Assembly (NCBI GenBank): GCA_051362555.1
Contig: CM120644.1
Location: 442,954-506,953, forward strand
Length of the DNA: 64,000 nt
Origin: Lingula anatina
Taxonomy: Eukaryota > Animalia > Brachiopoda
Direction: 5' to 3'
Each line of letters begins with the position of its first letter. Positions within the stretch are counted from its first letter, which is position 1. A program made the translations under genes and the position numbers. The notes below the pieces were generated by a model. It was not told where the DNA came from and ran no database searches. It saw only the letters and a list, made by a program, of their open reading frames with translations. Positions 62,955 to 64,000 of the stretch are shown here, piece by piece.

Positions 62955-63070
62955 TGGCATATTCAACGTCGTCTTTATCTAGTTCTTTCAGTCTGTGTGC
63001 CAGCTCTTTGGGAGACTTAAAGTCGTGTGTGTCTATGTGCCAGGACGAAGGGATGCCAAGACGCGTGTAG
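62955..63070 (-). pseudogene. 116-bp fragment of a GT10 fucosyltransferase CDS
   Basis: YTRLGIPSSWHIDTHDFKSPKELAHRLKELDKDDVEYA, nearly identical to both intact copies. Confidence 0.88.
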
Positions 63071-63513
63071 CTGTCCTTTAACGAGTGGCATTTTTTGCTC
63101 AAATCATGGAAGTTCATGGATATTTCCAGCCTCAAATAAAAATATAATAAAAATCGTCAAAACAGCACCGTCACGCGTCAAATTCTTCAACTTCCAACTT
63201 CCACGTGGAGCGTGAGTGAACGGCATCAGGAAGACCGATGTAAACGGAATGCAGGTACGCCCGGAATAGGAATGGTAGTCCTAATGGGACCTGTATTCCT
63301 GAAATATATATTGAACAAAAATATAAACGCACGAAAGAATATGTTGATTTATTTTCATGTATGGAACTGGAGTATATGGCCAACATTAACAGTATATTTT
63401 CCTCAACAAATAGACATCACTTTGAGAGCATTACGGGAAGTTTAAATGCATAGTCCAAGAGTTAGGGCATCAACTACACCATGGGGGTCAACATCCTGAG
63501 TTCACATCAGACA

Positions 63514-64000
63514 CTAATAACAAGGATGGCCACCATCAGCTTCGCACAGAGCAGTACACTGGCAGCGCATGGGCATCACCAAGTTGTCAATAGTGGCCTG
63601 AGGGATATATCCCATTACTTCTGGAGTGCTACTCGCTCTTGGCGAACATTCTCGGGAGCTGGAACATGATGATGAAAACGCTGATCCAGAACATCCCACA
63701 GGTGTTCAGCGGGCGACATATCGGGTGTGGTAACACATGGTTGGCGGATATGCGGGCGGTTCCTCATGCTATCAGTGACTCTGAAGCGTGTTCTCAGACG
63801 GCTGACAGTGGAATGATGCACATTCTGGCATGTTGCAACTTCTGTTACCAACAAGCCAGCATTGAGCAAGCCGATGGCATGCTCCCTCATGATTTCAGAC
63901 ATCTGTGGCATGTTGACAAGTGACAGAAATGCACATTTTGGTGTGCCCTTTTATTGCATAGACTGTAAGGAGTGTCTGTTTATTGGTCATGCAGATTGAC
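63514..64000 (-). mobile_element. Internally deleted Tc1 element (third family), extends past the window end
   Basis: HTH N-terminus MPQMSEIMREHAIGLL...STVSRL joined directly to DMSPAEHLWD, then IPQATIDNLV...GGHPCY; the catalytic core is missing. Confidence 0.8.

Overview
AT-rich, repeat-dense eukaryotic DNA. Intron structure and transposon types suggest an invertebrate animal, probably lophotrochozoan; that assignment is inference. Host genes: (1) a two-exon CD225/dispanin (IFITM/PRRT-like) gene on the minus strand with an apparent frameshift before its last TM helix; (2) an intact 11-exon protein disulfide isomerase A4 (three CGHC sites, KDEL); (3) two tandem single-exon-CDS GT10 alpha-1,3-fucosyltransferase paralogs within a segmental duplication, plus a small rearranged fragment near 63 kb. 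The rest is mostly mobile DNA. It includes an intact, very young Ty3/Gypsy element (477-bp LTRs that look identical, GTAT TSD, single 1554-aa gag-pol) with an unusual 1.8-kb 3' region, nested in a 9-bp-TSD DNA transposon. It also includes a decayed LTR element, several Tc1/mariner copies, Helentron-type (HINE) elements with internal tandem repeats, Kolobok-, Harbinger-, hAT- and P-like non-autonomous elements, and SINE/LINE remnants. The best novelty candidates are in the Gypsy 3' region: twin palindrome-capped RNA hairpins, a set of splice acceptors paired with a perfect donor in gag, and a small hydrophobic ORF. All coordinates and comparisons were made by eye; nothing was computed or searched.
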